Below are positions 49,890 through 62,260 of a stretch of 64,000 bases of DNA, one piece after another. Position 1 is the first letter of the stretch, and each line of letters opens with the position of its first letter. The stretch spans positions 63,178,001 through 63,242,000 of the forward strand of contig OZ360238.1 in assembly GCA_977017645.1 (NCBI GenBank), given 5' to 3'. This DNA comes from Torpedo marmorata. Taxonomy: Eukaryota. The notes under the pieces were generated by a model. The model did not search any database. It saw nothing but the letters and a program-made list of their open reading frames with translations, and was not told the DNA's origin. The translations under genes were made by a program, and so were the position numbers.

Positions 49890-51332
49890 ATGGAGTTGGA
49901 GGGGTTACCTAAAATTTGAAAAAAAAAGATTTTCATGCCATTAGCTTAAACCTGTCCGGGGGGGATATGATACATCTTCAAGTTTACATTTGGTCTCACA
50001 TGAGGCTGAGGACAGGCATGTCTGTGTGGGGATGATGAAGGGAATTGAAATGGTTGACAACTGGGAGTTTGTGCTTAGACCCACAGATAGAGTGCAGGTA
50101 TTCGGCAAAGCAGTCACCCAGTCTGTGTTTGGTCTAACCAATGTAGAGGAGACCACACGAAGTATGCTGAATGGCTGGTGGGGGATCACAGAAGTTGGAT
50201 GTGTTGGAAGATAATGTGTTGCATTGAGAAGCTGGTGGGGTGGAAAGTGAGAACCAAAGGGACTCTGCCCTTGTCCTGCCTGGGGGAAGGTGGGGTAAGG
50301 ACAGAAGCACGAGAAATGGAGGTGATACAAGTACAGGCTTTATCAATAATAATAGGAGGGAATTCATATTTATTACAGAAAGAGGACATTTTGTATGCCC
50401 TGAAGTGGAAGGCTTCACCCTGAGAACAGTTTCAGTAGAGGTGTACGAATTGGGAGGTGTAGAGAGTTCCAGGGAGGTGAGAAAGGTGTCTGAAGCAGTC
50501 CACGTAAACATAAGGGCAGGGAGCAAGTTGTTAGTGAAGGTAATGAAATTGTTGAGTTAATTTTTTTTAAAATTTAGACATATAGAATGGTAACAGGCCC
50601 TTTCGACCTACGAGCCCGTGCCTCCCAATTACAACCAATTGACCTACAACCCCCGGTACGTTTTGAAGGGTGGGAAGAAACTGGAGCCACCAGGGAAAAC
50701 CCACGCAAACACGGGGAGAAGTACAAACTCCTCACAGACAGCGCGGGATTCGAACCCCGCTCCTGATCGCTGGCGCTAGTAACAGCATTGAGCTAATTGC
50801 TACGCTAACCGTGTGAGTTCTGCATTGGTGCAAGAGGTAGCACCAATGCAGTTGATGTAATGGAGGAAGAGTTGGGGAATGATAATCGAGTAGGATTGGA
50901 ACTAGGACTGTTGCACGTACCCCACAAAAAAGCAGGCATAGCTAGGGGTCATGTGTGTGCCCATGGCTACACCCTAGATCTGGAGGCAATGGGAGGAGTC
51001 AAAGGACAAGATGAGGAAAAGTATTGGCATGCGGAGGAGAGTGTTAGTAGATGGGGTTATGTGGCTCTGTTTTCAAGAAGAAGTAAGGGCCCTGAGGTCT
51101 TCCTGATGGGGAATGGATGTGTATAGGGATTGCACATCCATGGTGAAGATGAGGCGGTGGCAGCAGGAGAATTGGAATTCTTCAAAGAGATAGAGGGTGT
51201 GAGTGATGTCCAGAATGTTAGTGTGATGACACTGGACAAGATGGTGTCAAGGTATGAGGAGATGAGTTTGGTAGGGCAAGAACAGGCAGAAATAATGCCA
51301 GGATAGTTATGTTTGTGAATTTTGGATAGGAA
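49890..51332 (-). mobile_element. Penelope-like retroelement RT/GIY-YIG fragment, degraded
   Basis: IISACSCPTKLISSYLD, RVPLVLTFHP and GLLYIG peptides; homologous to 3560-4970; contains a SINE at 50559-50813. Confidence 0.82.
50559..50813 (-). mobile_element. tRNA-derived SINE nested in the Penelope element
   Basis: B box GGGTTCGAATCCC on the minus strand; 6-bp TSD TGAGTT on both sides. Confidence 0.88.
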
Positions 51333-51659
51333 CAAAAAGGGGATTCAATTGATCTTGCTTTATATTTTCTCATGGTTATTCAAATCTAATACCAAACGTG
51401 CAATCACAGGAGGAGGCCATTTGGCCCATTATGTCTTTGGTGGGTCCATTCAAGACTGATCCAGCTAATTCCATTCATGTTCTCGCCACACTCTCCTTTA
51501 GATTTTATCTTTTCAAGTACAGTTTTCCATCAAAAGCCATGATTGAATCTGCCTCCATCTACCACACCCCTTCTGCCACAGCTCTGCACTGACATTGCAT
51601 TGCAGATGAAATGAAATTTAACACAGAAAACACAAGGTGTTACAGGTCTTTAGCGTTAA

Positions 51660-52152
51660 ACAAGAAAATTTGCAGACGCTGGGGTCGAGCGCAATGCACA
51701 AATGTGCTAGAGAAACTCGGCAGGACATTTGGCATCCATAGGAAGCAAAGGGTAACCCCAACGTTTCGGGCCTGAGGCCTTCGTCAAGGTCTATGCAAAA
51801 ACAGGCAGGTGCCTAAATAAAAAAAGTTGGGGGGGGGAGGGGGAAAGGGGGGAGGGGAGGAGGAACGGGGAGGAGCACAGGCTAACAGATAAGAGGTTAT
51901 TGGTGGATTTAGGTAGGACAGTAGACGAGAAAAAAGCTGAGGTGATGGGGAGAGGGTAGCTCTCTGATAGGAGAGGGAAGGAGGTGGGAGCTGGCAGAAA
52001 GGAGAGAAGGATAGGGAAAGAGAGAGATGGGGAGGGGTTTAAAGGAAACTGGAGAAGTTGATTTTAATGCCGTCTGATTGGAGACGGAATATAAGGTGTT
52101 GTTCAATTTGCAGGTAGCCTTGGTCTGGCAGTGCATGAGGCCATGGATATGT
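51660..52152 (-). mobile_element. Penelope-like 3' end (GIY-YIG tail, pyrimidine-rich UTR, terminal repeat)
   Basis: HCQTKATCKL peptide, followed on the minus strand by a CT-rich UTR, the hammerhead motif and tgccgagtttctctagcacatt. Confidence 0.8.
51755..51792 (-). ncRNA. Minimal type-I hammerhead ribozyme-like motif in a Penelope terminus
   Basis: Minus strand agacc-TTGACGA-A-GGCCTCAGGCCC-GAAA-CGTT-gggg: core boxes (with C3 replaced by U), helix II and palindromic AACGTT helix III, as known for Penelope minimal hammerheads. Confidence 0.65.
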
Positions 52153-54935
52153 CTGCTTCATGTCTGTTGGAAGAATGGAAACGGGCTATTTAAACTGGAA
52201 AATAAAAATCTACTTTTCCTTTTCTATCAGTTTCTTTGCTGTATTCTGAAAATTCCCAATTCTCAACATGATGTGACTTTCCCTATGATTTAGTTTATCC
52301 ATTTAACATGATAGCTACAGACTGCTTTTAGGGCTTTGTACCTTAAAGAGAAATAAATTTATTGCCATCAAGGTACCACTACTTTAAATATTTTTGAAGT
52401 TTTACAATTCTCACATTTCACCATGCTTCCAATTTTTACGTCTATGTACATTATTCTCCGAAAGTAACTGAGTGATGGGTATGGGTGGCAAACCCCGCTC
52501 AGCAAAACCCGGGACAAATATTTTGGGTCAATGACCTTGGAAACAATATCTCAGTTTCATTCCCCCTTTAACTAGATTTTCACAATGAACTACCTGTTTA
52601 ATTTTAGATGAAAACCATTGTTTTTTTACATGTTAAAGTAAAGTAATTTCTTTCTTGAAGAGAAGGTGGTGTTGAGATCTAATTTTCTTGGATATTTTTT
52701 TAATAATGTACTTATGTTGTAAGTGGTAATTTGATTGATGAACTAGTGAGTGATCTTCCTATTTGATTTCTTGAGCATTCTAAGAATGGGCGTGTTAAAG
52801 CTGGGTTAAGGCCAGCTTAGAATGAAGGTGGAGACCCTTTACTCCCTTTATTTCATGGGTAGTTAGCAATAACATTTTCCAGCTTCTGTGCATTAATCTT
52901 GCTGCTGTCACGATGAAGTGGGGGTCCTTGTAGTAAAGAATATGTCCATAAGAATCCAGCTGTGCTCCATTTGAGCTTGCTCTAGCATTCTTACATACAA
53001 TTGATATCCAATTTACCACTTCATACTTCGATTGAACCTTATTGTCCATTTCCAAAGTAACACGCTTTTCAGTAATTTTTACCACAAAGCATATTTTCAT
53101 TTAATTGTTTATACATGGAATTATCATTGCTTCTAAGAAAGATGAATTTTAAATTCATGATTTCAATATTTGAGGTTATCATTTCCCCACCTTCAAAAAA
53201 ATCACTACATTACAGATTTGGATTTTTCTTCATTGATCTGACTTTAATTTTGTGGTACTGAAATGTTAGAAGATGAATGTTTAAATGACATAATTTTAAA
53301 ATGAAATAGATTTACAAAATGAACATTGCAAAACATGAGGCAAACAATATTGTTTTAAAGTGCAAATTGAAATGTTGAAGGAGGTTGATTGTAAGTATCA
53401 CCATGTCAGTCTGCAGTGATGCCCTGTTTAAAATGTTTAAGAAACTGTTAAACAGGATTTCCAGTAGATTCCTAGTAAACAAAGCCACAGATGGAGACTG
53501 CCTGATTTTATTTTCCTCGAGGGCCCAATTCAGTTCAACATGGTGCATAGCAGCTGTGCCAGATCAACTGTGCCTTCGCCAGGAACCCCTGGTGCAGATT
53601 ATTCATTGAAATGTGCAGTAAATGAATAGCAAGAATTTAAGAGATTTTTTTTCAAAGTTGGCTTGAAATTCTCAATCTAGTATTATATAAAAATGAATTA
53701 AGGTATGATGTTAGGAGATATAAAGTTCAAGAAATTTCCCTTTGTATGGTAACAAAGATATTGGAGAAAAATGAAGAAATCCATTCATATCCAAAAAAAT
53801 GAGTTGAATGTTATTTAGAATAATACGTGGGCTGGTATTGCATTCCATAAGTATTACTCTGACACAACTTGATAATCTTGAAATAGATTCTTGACATGAT
53901 TCTGTTTCAATTGGATAGTTGTTATTTTCTTAATAATTTTAATGGAAGTGCATACGTTCGAATGCCGAGGGACCCTCGCATTAGGCACAGCCCCCTATAT
54001 TTCTATTCCCAATGATTCTGATCCCATCATCCTCAATTTCCAGCTGATACAGTCTAAGGGAAATGGGAATGGTTAACTTCCACTTCAATGATAAAAGAAA
54101 ATGCAAGAAATAAAGAACAAGGCAGGTGGCATATGTGGAGAGAGAAACTGGTTAAACATTTCAGTCAAATGAGCTTTATTTAGAAGCTAAAAAAAATTAG
54201 GAAACAGGCACATTTAATCTTGCAAAGAAGGGAGATGGATGAAGAGAACAAAGGATGGTGACCATAGGAAGATGTATGTCATAAATTGGTGTCAATTCAA
54301 GAGGATCCTGAAGGATTGGTAATGGCAGCTAATCTGTCAGGAGGCAGGGTAACCAGGGTGGCCACTGCATTACCTCTTACATCTGAACTAGCCAAACTGG
54401 GAAATCGGGTTATCTGAAATTGTAAAGCTAAGGATTGTCGTATGCCTCAACAGAAGATGAGTTATTATCCCTCAAACTTCCATTAGACAAATGAGGTATC
54501 TTCTCATTTTCTTGGTTGGTAAATGCACTGTGTATTGCTGCACCCTAAAGAAAGATGATAGGAAGCATTTTGTCGAGAATGATAATGTAATAGGGCAGAA
54601 GGTGCTGAGCCATTTGAAGAACATTAGGGTAGATAAGTCCTTGCATCTGATGGTATGTATCCCAGGTTATTGAAAGAAGCAAGTGAGGAGACTGCTGGGG
54701 ACTTGATGAAGATCTTTGTATTGTCACTAGCAACAGGCAAGATTCCTGAAGATCGTAGCCAATGTTCAGGGGAAAAGGGAAATTATAGGTCGGTGAGCCT
54801 CACATAAATGGAAAGGAAACTACTGGAGGGGTTAGTTAAGGATAGGATTTATACACATTTGGAAAGGCATGGTTAGATTAAGGACAGTCAGCCTGGCTTT
54901 GTGCTGGTCAGGTCATGTTTTACAAATTTGATTGC

Positions 54936-57877
54936 ATTTTTTTCTTTCTTTCTTTCTTTCTTCTTCTTTTCCAATCTTTTTATTGTGTTTAAGCACAAAA
55001 AAAACATAGTATATAGAATGCGAAGTTACAGATTATAAATCAAATGGATATACGTCCTAAACAAATAGTAATTGATACCCCACAGCTCTATAGTTCAGAT
55101 AATAAAAACAGTAGAAAAGATATATATCCTAAACTATCTAACTAATACAAAACGAAGTTAGGTTATCTAACCCCCAACCTAATAGAGAAAAAAGAAAATT
55201 AAAAATTAGTTGGGATGCCTTAGAACAATAAAATTCAGTAATAAACAAGAAAATGTTCCGTTACATAAATGAAAATAGTTAAAATGAAGGGAAAAACGAT
55301 AATAAAACATATCGTATTAAAGCAGGTTTAAGAATAATGAAAAAAATTCATAAATGGGCGCCACGTCCTATCAAACTTAATATCGGAATCAGTTATAGCA
55401 CATCTAATCTTTAAAAAAGATAAAGTTTGGCACATCCACTGGACATAAGTGGGCAGAATAGAATCTTTCCACCTAAGCAAAATAGATCTTCTAGCCATAA
55501 GCATCGTGAATGCAATAACATGGTGATCGGATGGTGACAGATGTATATCTTCCAAAAACACTCCAAATAGGGCCGTAATTGGATTCGTCTGTAAGTTAAC
55601 AGCTAAAATTGTAGATAAAGTATTGAAAATTTCTTTCCAATAAGGTTCCAATGCCGGGTAAAACCAAAATAAATGGGCTAATGATGCCACCCCATTCCTA
55701 CACCTGTCGCAACAAGGGTTGACATCTGGAAATATACGTGCCAGTTTATCTTTAGACGTGTGCCCTGTGTACAACCTTAAATTGGATGAGTGAGTGACGG
55801 GCACAGATTGAGGATGTGTTAACAAGTTTAAAAATCCTTTCCCACAAATCGTCAGGAATAGTTCATTGTAAATCCTGTTCCCATGCTCTTTTGATCTTAT
55901 CAATTGGAACCTGACGTAATTTCAATATAATATAAATGTGAGCAATTAAGCCCTTCTGGGAGGGATGCAAATTATATCCACAACATCTACCTCCTGATCG
56001 TGGGGAAAAGTTATTAATTGGGTATTCAAAAAATTCCTAATCTGCAAATACCTAAAAAATTGTGAATTTGGAAGATTAAATTTAGTAGATAGTTGCTCAA
56101 ACGACATGAGATAACCATCAACAAATAGATCTCGAAAGCAACCAATACCTTTCTCCTTCCAGTTGGAAAAGGCCTGATCAATCCAGGAAGGAGAAAAAAA
56201 ATAATTAAATGGTATAAAACTGGATAAAGACAAATTCTTCAATCCAAAAAATCTGCGAAATTGATACCATATACGTAAGGTATGTTTAACCACGGGGCTT
56301 TCTATCATCTTATTAACCTCGGTTAAAGAAAAAGGAAGTGCAGCTCCAAGCAACGATATTAAAGAGAATTTCTTAATTGATTTCAATTCCAAAGTTACCC
56401 TAGAGGGCCATCTAATTTATCAAAATATTGAATCCAAAAAGTAACATAGCAAATATTAATAGCCCAATAATAAAATCTAAAATTAGGCAAGGCTAACCCT
56501 CCATCCCTTAGTTTTTTGTAAGAAGATTTTATTCAATCTTGGGCTCTTACTTTGCCAGATATAAGATGAAATAATGGAATACAAAGAGTCAAAAAAAGTT
56601 TTAGGGATAAAAGTCGGGATTGTCTGAAAAGAATAAAGTAACTTGGGAAGAACATTCATTTTAATGGCATTAATTCGACCAACTAATGTCATAGAAAGAG
56701 GCGGCCATTTAGTCAGTGATCCTTTCACCTGGCTAATCAAGGGGATAAAAATTTCCTTAAATAGATTCTTGTGATTCTTCATAACTTTATCACCTAAGTA
56801 CATGAAAGAATTATTAACTACCTTAAACGGGATATTATCATAAATTGGCATGGAAGCATTAAAAGGGAATAGTTCACTCTTGTGAAGATTTAATTTATAG
56901 CCAGAAAAGGAACTAAACTGCAACAATAATGACAACACAGCAGGGACAAACTTCTCAGGATCAGAAATATATAGTAACAAATCATCAGCATACAAAGAGA
57001 CCTTATGAACCCTGCCCCCTCTCCGAATCCCTATGATGTCCTCTGAGTCCCGAAAGGCTATAGCCAATGGCTCCAAAGCTAAATCAAACGATAATGGATT
57101 CAGAGGGCACCCCTGTCTAGTACCATGGTATAACCTAAATGAAACGGACCGCTGATTATTAGAAAAGACAGAAGCCATGGGAGAATCATATATCAATTTA
57201 ATCCAGGAAACAAACCCCGGACCAAAGTTAAATCTTCTCAAATTTTCAAATAAATACTGCCATTCTACCCGATCAAAAGCCTTTTCCACGTCCAGGGAGA
57301 TTACACATTCTGTCGTTTTAGATCAGTGGTTTTCAAACTGCCCCCCTAAACTCACATTCCACCTTAAGCAATCTCTATGTCATAAGTTCTTTGTGATTAG
57401 TAAGGGATTGCTTTAGGTGGTATGTGAGTGGAAAGAAAAAGGTTTGAAAACCACTGTATTAATCGTACCTAATTGACTCGTTATGTGCACGGTTTCATAA
57501 CTCCAAAGGAAATGGGCCAATGACAATTTTTCTTAGGTAAAATATTTCAGTAACAATTGGGTCCAGAGCAGTGGTTCTCAACCTTCCCTTCCCACTCACA
57601 TACCACCTTAAGCAATCCCTTACCAATCACAGAGCACTTATGGCATAGGGATTGCTTAAGGTGGAATGTGAGTTTAGGGGGGCAGTTTGAAAACCACTGT
57701 TTTAGATAATGGTGAATAAATAATATTCAGTAAACGGCGAATATTAAAATGTGAGTAACGATTTTTAATAAAACATTGTCTGATCATTAGAGATGATTAA
57801 AGGTAAAAAAATTCCAATCTATTAGCTAACATTTTAGAAAGTATCGCATCAACAGTCAGTAACGAGATTGGCCTATA
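54936..57877 (-). mobile_element. 5'-truncated L1-clade LINE ORF2 (RT plus C-terminal Cys-rich domain), frameshifted
   Basis: EKAFDRVEW, GTRQGCPL, SLYADDLLLY, CDRC..AHLFW; minus-strand tail AATAAAAAGATTGG followed by GAAA repeats and an A-run at 54936-54985. Confidence 0.92.
57324..57699. mobile_element. Composite hAT MITE, copy 2, inserted in L1
   Basis: Same two-unit-plus-spacer structure as 47342-47717; 8-bp TSD TTTTAGAT at 57316-57323 and 57700-57707. Confidence 0.92.
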
Positions 57878-58849
57878 GGAGGCACAAAAGGGGTTGATGA
57901 GGGTAAGGTAGTGGATGTTATCAACGGACGTACAGCATTTGGCAAGGTCCCTCGTGTAGACTGATCCAGAAGGTGCAGATGCATGGGATCCATGATGAAT
58001 TGATTGTTCGGATTTGGTATTGGCTGACCTATTGGAGGACTCAGGATAGTGGTGGATGGGTGGCTGGGGATCTGTGACCAGTGGTGTTCTGCAGAGATCA
58101 CTGTTGGGACCCTGTTGTATGTGATGTATACAAATGACTTGGATGACAAGCAGGTGGGTGGGTTAATAATTTTGCAAGTGACACTCAGATTAGCGTGTTG
58201 TGGACAGTGTAGCTATCAAAGAACATAAAGGATATAGACCAGTTACAGATATGGGCAGAGAAATGGAAGATGGAGTGTAATCCGACAAGTGCGAGGTGTT
58301 GCATTTTGGGAGGTCAAATGTAAGGGGATGGTGTACAGTTAATGGCTGAGAAGTATCGATGTGCAGAGAGACCTGGGAGTTCAGGTTCATAGCTCCTTGA
58401 AAGTGGCCATGTAGGTTGATAGGGTGGTAAAGAAGGCAAATGATGTGCTTGCTTTCATTGAGTGGGGCATTGAGTTTAAAAGTTATGTAGTAGATACTGA
58501 ATATAAAACTTCAGTTAGACAACGTTTGGAGTATTGTGTGCAATTCTGCTTGCCCCATTGTAGGAGGGTGTGGAGGCAATCTTTTGCAAGCAGCAGGGCC
58601 TTAGTTTAATTTTGGTATCACATTAGGCACAGACATGTGAGCCACAGGGCATTTTCCTCTGCTGTACTGTTCTATGTTTTAAAGGTCATGGCTTTGATTT
58701 TTTAAAAATCTGCTTTAATTTAAGATAATGACCAGGGAAGGAGATGGGTGGCTACAAAATAGAAATTATCGTCAGCGTCAGGACTGAACATAATGCTTAG
58801 TTGTCCAAATGTTTATTTTGAGAAAAATTTCATCTCATTTAATGCTAGA

Positions 58850-59120
58850 TATTCAAGATTATTTTATTGTCATGTAATAAAACAGATGTAATATTACACA
58901 CGATTGCCTTTAGTCTGCTGTAAGACATACAGACATGCACCATCAATAGAAATTGCCCGGCACCCCAGAGAAGCAAAAGAGAGTCCCACCAGAGTCACTA
59001 AGTTTGTATGTGTGTTATGTCTGGATGTGTGTCTGCGTGTTTTGCACCGAGGACCGGAGAACGCTGTTTTGTCGGGTTGTACTTGTTCAATCAGATGACA
59101 ATAAACTTGACTTTACTTGA
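58850..59120. mobile_element. Two short retroelement 3' tails joined head-to-head (58850-59000 minus, 59005-59120 plus)
   Basis: Left piece matches the 841-family tail (ttcaagattattttattgtcatgtaataaaacag..aagcaaaagagagtccc); right piece ends ATGACAATAAACTTGACTTTACTTGA. Confidence 0.65.
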
Positions 59121-59454
59121 AAGCATGTTATCCTTATCACTCAGTTGCTGGTATCCTTGATACAAATCAGGATGTTTTGTATTTACTCTCTACTCTAGTA
59201 ATATAAATATGATGGGGCTGTTATTTTTGTTTTGATGAGGTGACAAACCAAGGCTCTGGCAAGACTCTGAATGCAAAAGAGGCCATGGTATAATTTCTAT
59301 GAGAATGGGTAAGCTATTCCCAGTGTCACGGTCAATATTTGTCTCCAAATTACGGCATTAATGTTGTATCATACTTTAGGATACACTGAGGTAAAAGGCA
59401 AGACATTTTCTTTGAATATTTGTTAAGGAATATTGGAGGAATTATTATGGCAGG

Positions 59455-59730
59455 TTAAATTTAAATTTAAATGTAGACGTACAGCACGGTAACAGGCCGT
59501 TTCAGCCCACAAGCCCGTGGCGCCCAATTACACCTAATTGACTTACAACCCCCGGGAAGGTTGGGAGGAAACCGGAGCACCCGGAGGAAACCCATGCAGA
59601 CACGGGGAGAACGTACAAACTCCTTAGAGACAGCACGGGATTTGAACCCCGGTGCCGATCGCTGGCGCTGTAACGGCATTGCGCTAACCGCTACGCCAAC
59701 CGTGCCGCCCCTACGCCAACCGTGCTGCCC
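59455..59730 (-). mobile_element. tRNA-derived SINE with a duplicated 5' end
   Basis: Collinear with 29230-29490; B box GGTTCAAATCC; 20-bp tandem at 59691-59730. Confidence 0.88.
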
Positions 59731-61005
59731 ATTCAAGCCATTGTTGCAAATCCCTTGGTTCAGCCTCTGAAATTTACTTGAGACAATGTTGGAACTGGTG
59801 GCTAGGGGTGCATTTTGTGCCATGAATTGAGAACAATGGTTTAGAATGATCTTCTCAAGTTTTAATAGTCACAAGTTTCCGCTAATCAGATAAGCAGTCT
59901 GGCAATTTTGAGGGAGGTGGTGATGAGTTGGAGCAGGATGTCAGCTTTAGCATGTAGAGGTCAATATTGTGTTTTTGTTTGAGGGTGTCAAAAGATAACA
60001 AGTAGATGTGAATTAGGAAATGGCCCATAAATAAATCATTGGGGAATTCCAGAGAGAATGGTGGAGAAGTGGTTGGAATTTTATTATGGCTACACCTCAT
60101 AAGAATGTAATTAGACAAGTGTAGCTCCATTAAATTGTGCAGGAGCGTATATATATATATATGAAGGATAGAATGTGACATTCCCATCTTATTTGAAAGT
60201 TTACCAGTAATTCTACTACGAGCGTACTATGTTGCAGTAAAATACATCTGCTCTCCAGCAGATGGGTACTCCCCACTAATCAGGGATACCAAAGGAAAGT
60301 GATTATTTACAAGGGTGAAAAACTGCTAAGACAATATTTTTCCAAGTAATTACTTTTCCTGGCCTCACTTTGCAACAATAAGCATGACTGGATGGCTCCA
60401 AACATGATTTTCTCCTTTAGATGACAGCATTTTAGGCAAACTTTGCATTTCTGAGGTGAGAGTGCTGTGGCCTCAATGAAAAGCCAGATTAACTCAAATT
60501 TATCACTTGACTTTGCACAATTTTTGAAGATGTTTTTGAGGTTAAGTATATTTCCACATGGTGCTATTTAACTCCATTTACTTATACTAAACAATTCGGT
60601 CACTTCCATTTAAATAAACAATTAAGGAAAATATCCAAGAGGATACAATTTCAACACACAGACTTCCTTTCTGCCATTTTCAGTGGGAAGCAAACATAAT
60701 TGAGTAAATAATTAAATTAAAAATCAGCAATACCTTATGTTCCACCTCAGCAGTCTCCAACCAGCCTGCGTCAATATCGACTTCTCCAATTTCCGTTAAT
60801 CCCCTCCCCAGGTCTCTCTATTTCCCTCTCATCACTCTGTCTCCCTTCCTCTAGCTCCTCATCACCTTCCATCTCTTCTATCAGCTACCTTTTTAACCTC
60901 TCTGCCATTACTTCTCAGATTCTTTCTCTTCTATCCTCTCATCAGTATCTTACTTGATAGCCTGTGTTCCTCCCCCTTCCACCCCTCCCACTTTTTTATT
61001 TAGGC

Positions 61006-62260
61006 GTCTTCACTCCATTAAGGACATCTTTAAGAGACGATGTCTCAAGAAAGCAGCCTCTATCATCAAGGACCCTCACCACCCAGCCCATGCCCTTTAC
61101 TTAGGCCCTTTCACACCGCCGAGTACATGTGGGTTAAACGGGAAATTTACCCGGTAACTTACCTGGTAATCGTGCGGTGTGAAACGTCCCAACCGGGCAG
61201 GGCAGGTCAAATTCAACTGGGCTCCGAGACCTAGTCAGGGGGTACTCTCGGAGCCCGGCCGAGTTAACCCGCCAATCGCCTTCTGGCGGTGTGAAAGCAC
61301 AAATGGTTTACCAGGTAAGATTAGTGACGTCAGCGATTGCGTGCGTGCGTCACATAAAACCCCTGACTGACTGACAAGCCGTCAAATAACAATAGAAATA
61401 AGAGATACAACAATAGAAATGTTACTTTAACGATGCCAAAGGGAACTAAGCCACAATATTAAAAGTATTTAAAAATTACAAAACCTGTAGCTTTCAACGC
61501 TCCTGTGAAATCAAAAAACAACGGGCCCGCTCAGGGCGGCGGCGGCTCAATGTGGGATCAATGGCCATTTTCGTTACCCATAATCTCCCACGCAGCTGGG
61601 ACAGCTCTGCGTTTCCCTGGCGCTGGCAATGGCAGAGCGGTTCCAGCTGCATGGGGGATTATGGGTAATGAAGACGGCCATTGATCCCGCATTGATTCCG
61701 CCGCTGCAGTTCTCCCGGTCCAGGCCACCTCCAGCCGCTCGCACTGCATGGGCCCTCCAAATGACAGTGGCCCCTCCCCTCCGTGCTTCCCATTGGCCGG
61801 TGAGTGCGTAACGCGTCCCTCGCGCCGTCATCGCTGGAGGCGGGACCCCCCTTAAAATGCCCGGTTGCCGATTTACCAGGTAAGTAAGGCTGCGGTGTGA
61901 AAGGCCCCGGAGGTGCAGCCTTCCCGGGAACTTTACCCGGGTCCTAGGAGGGTCGCCAAACTTGGGCGGTGTGAAAAGGCCTAGTGTTACCGTCAGGAAG
62001 GAGGTACATGAGCCTGAATATGCATACCCAACATTACAAAAACAGCTTCTTTCTCTCTGCCATCAGATTTCTGAATCGACTATATTCAGGTATCTATAGA
62101 TATTGCCTAAATTTTTCTTCTCTTTTTGATTTAATTATTTATTTTAAAATCTTGTATTTACGGAACTGTAATTTATAGCAATTTTGCACCTGTAATGCAC
62201 AATACAGCTGCCGCAAAACAACAAATTTTGTGACACATTCATGACAATAACTCTGATTCT
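61006..62260 (+). mobile_element. Rex-Babar-like LINE 3' fragment, split by a DNA transposon
   Basis: LHSIKDIFKRRCLKKAASIIKDPHHPAHAL before 61104 and LPSGRRYMSL..KNSFFLSAIRFLN after 61983; tail ATGACAATAACTCTGATTCT. Confidence 0.85.
61104..61981. mobile_element. Non-autonomous TIR DNA transposon, PIF/Harbinger-like termini
   Basis: TIRs GGCCCTTTCACACCGCC / GGCGGTGTGAAAAGGCC flanked by TA on each side (TA or imperfect TWA duplication); repeated internal CGGTGTGAAA and TTTACC(A/C)GG motifs; no transposase ORF. Superfamily assignment is tentative. Confidence 0.78.

Larger units (their letters stand above)
54570..58680 (+). mobile_element. CR1 LINE (host; pieces 54570-54935 and 57878-58680) split by an L1 insertion
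   Basis: GNYRSVSLT, LIKDSQPGFV..RSCFTNLI before the insertion; VDEGKVVDV, AFGKVP, DKCEVLHFG and LEYCVQF after it. Confidence 0.82.
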
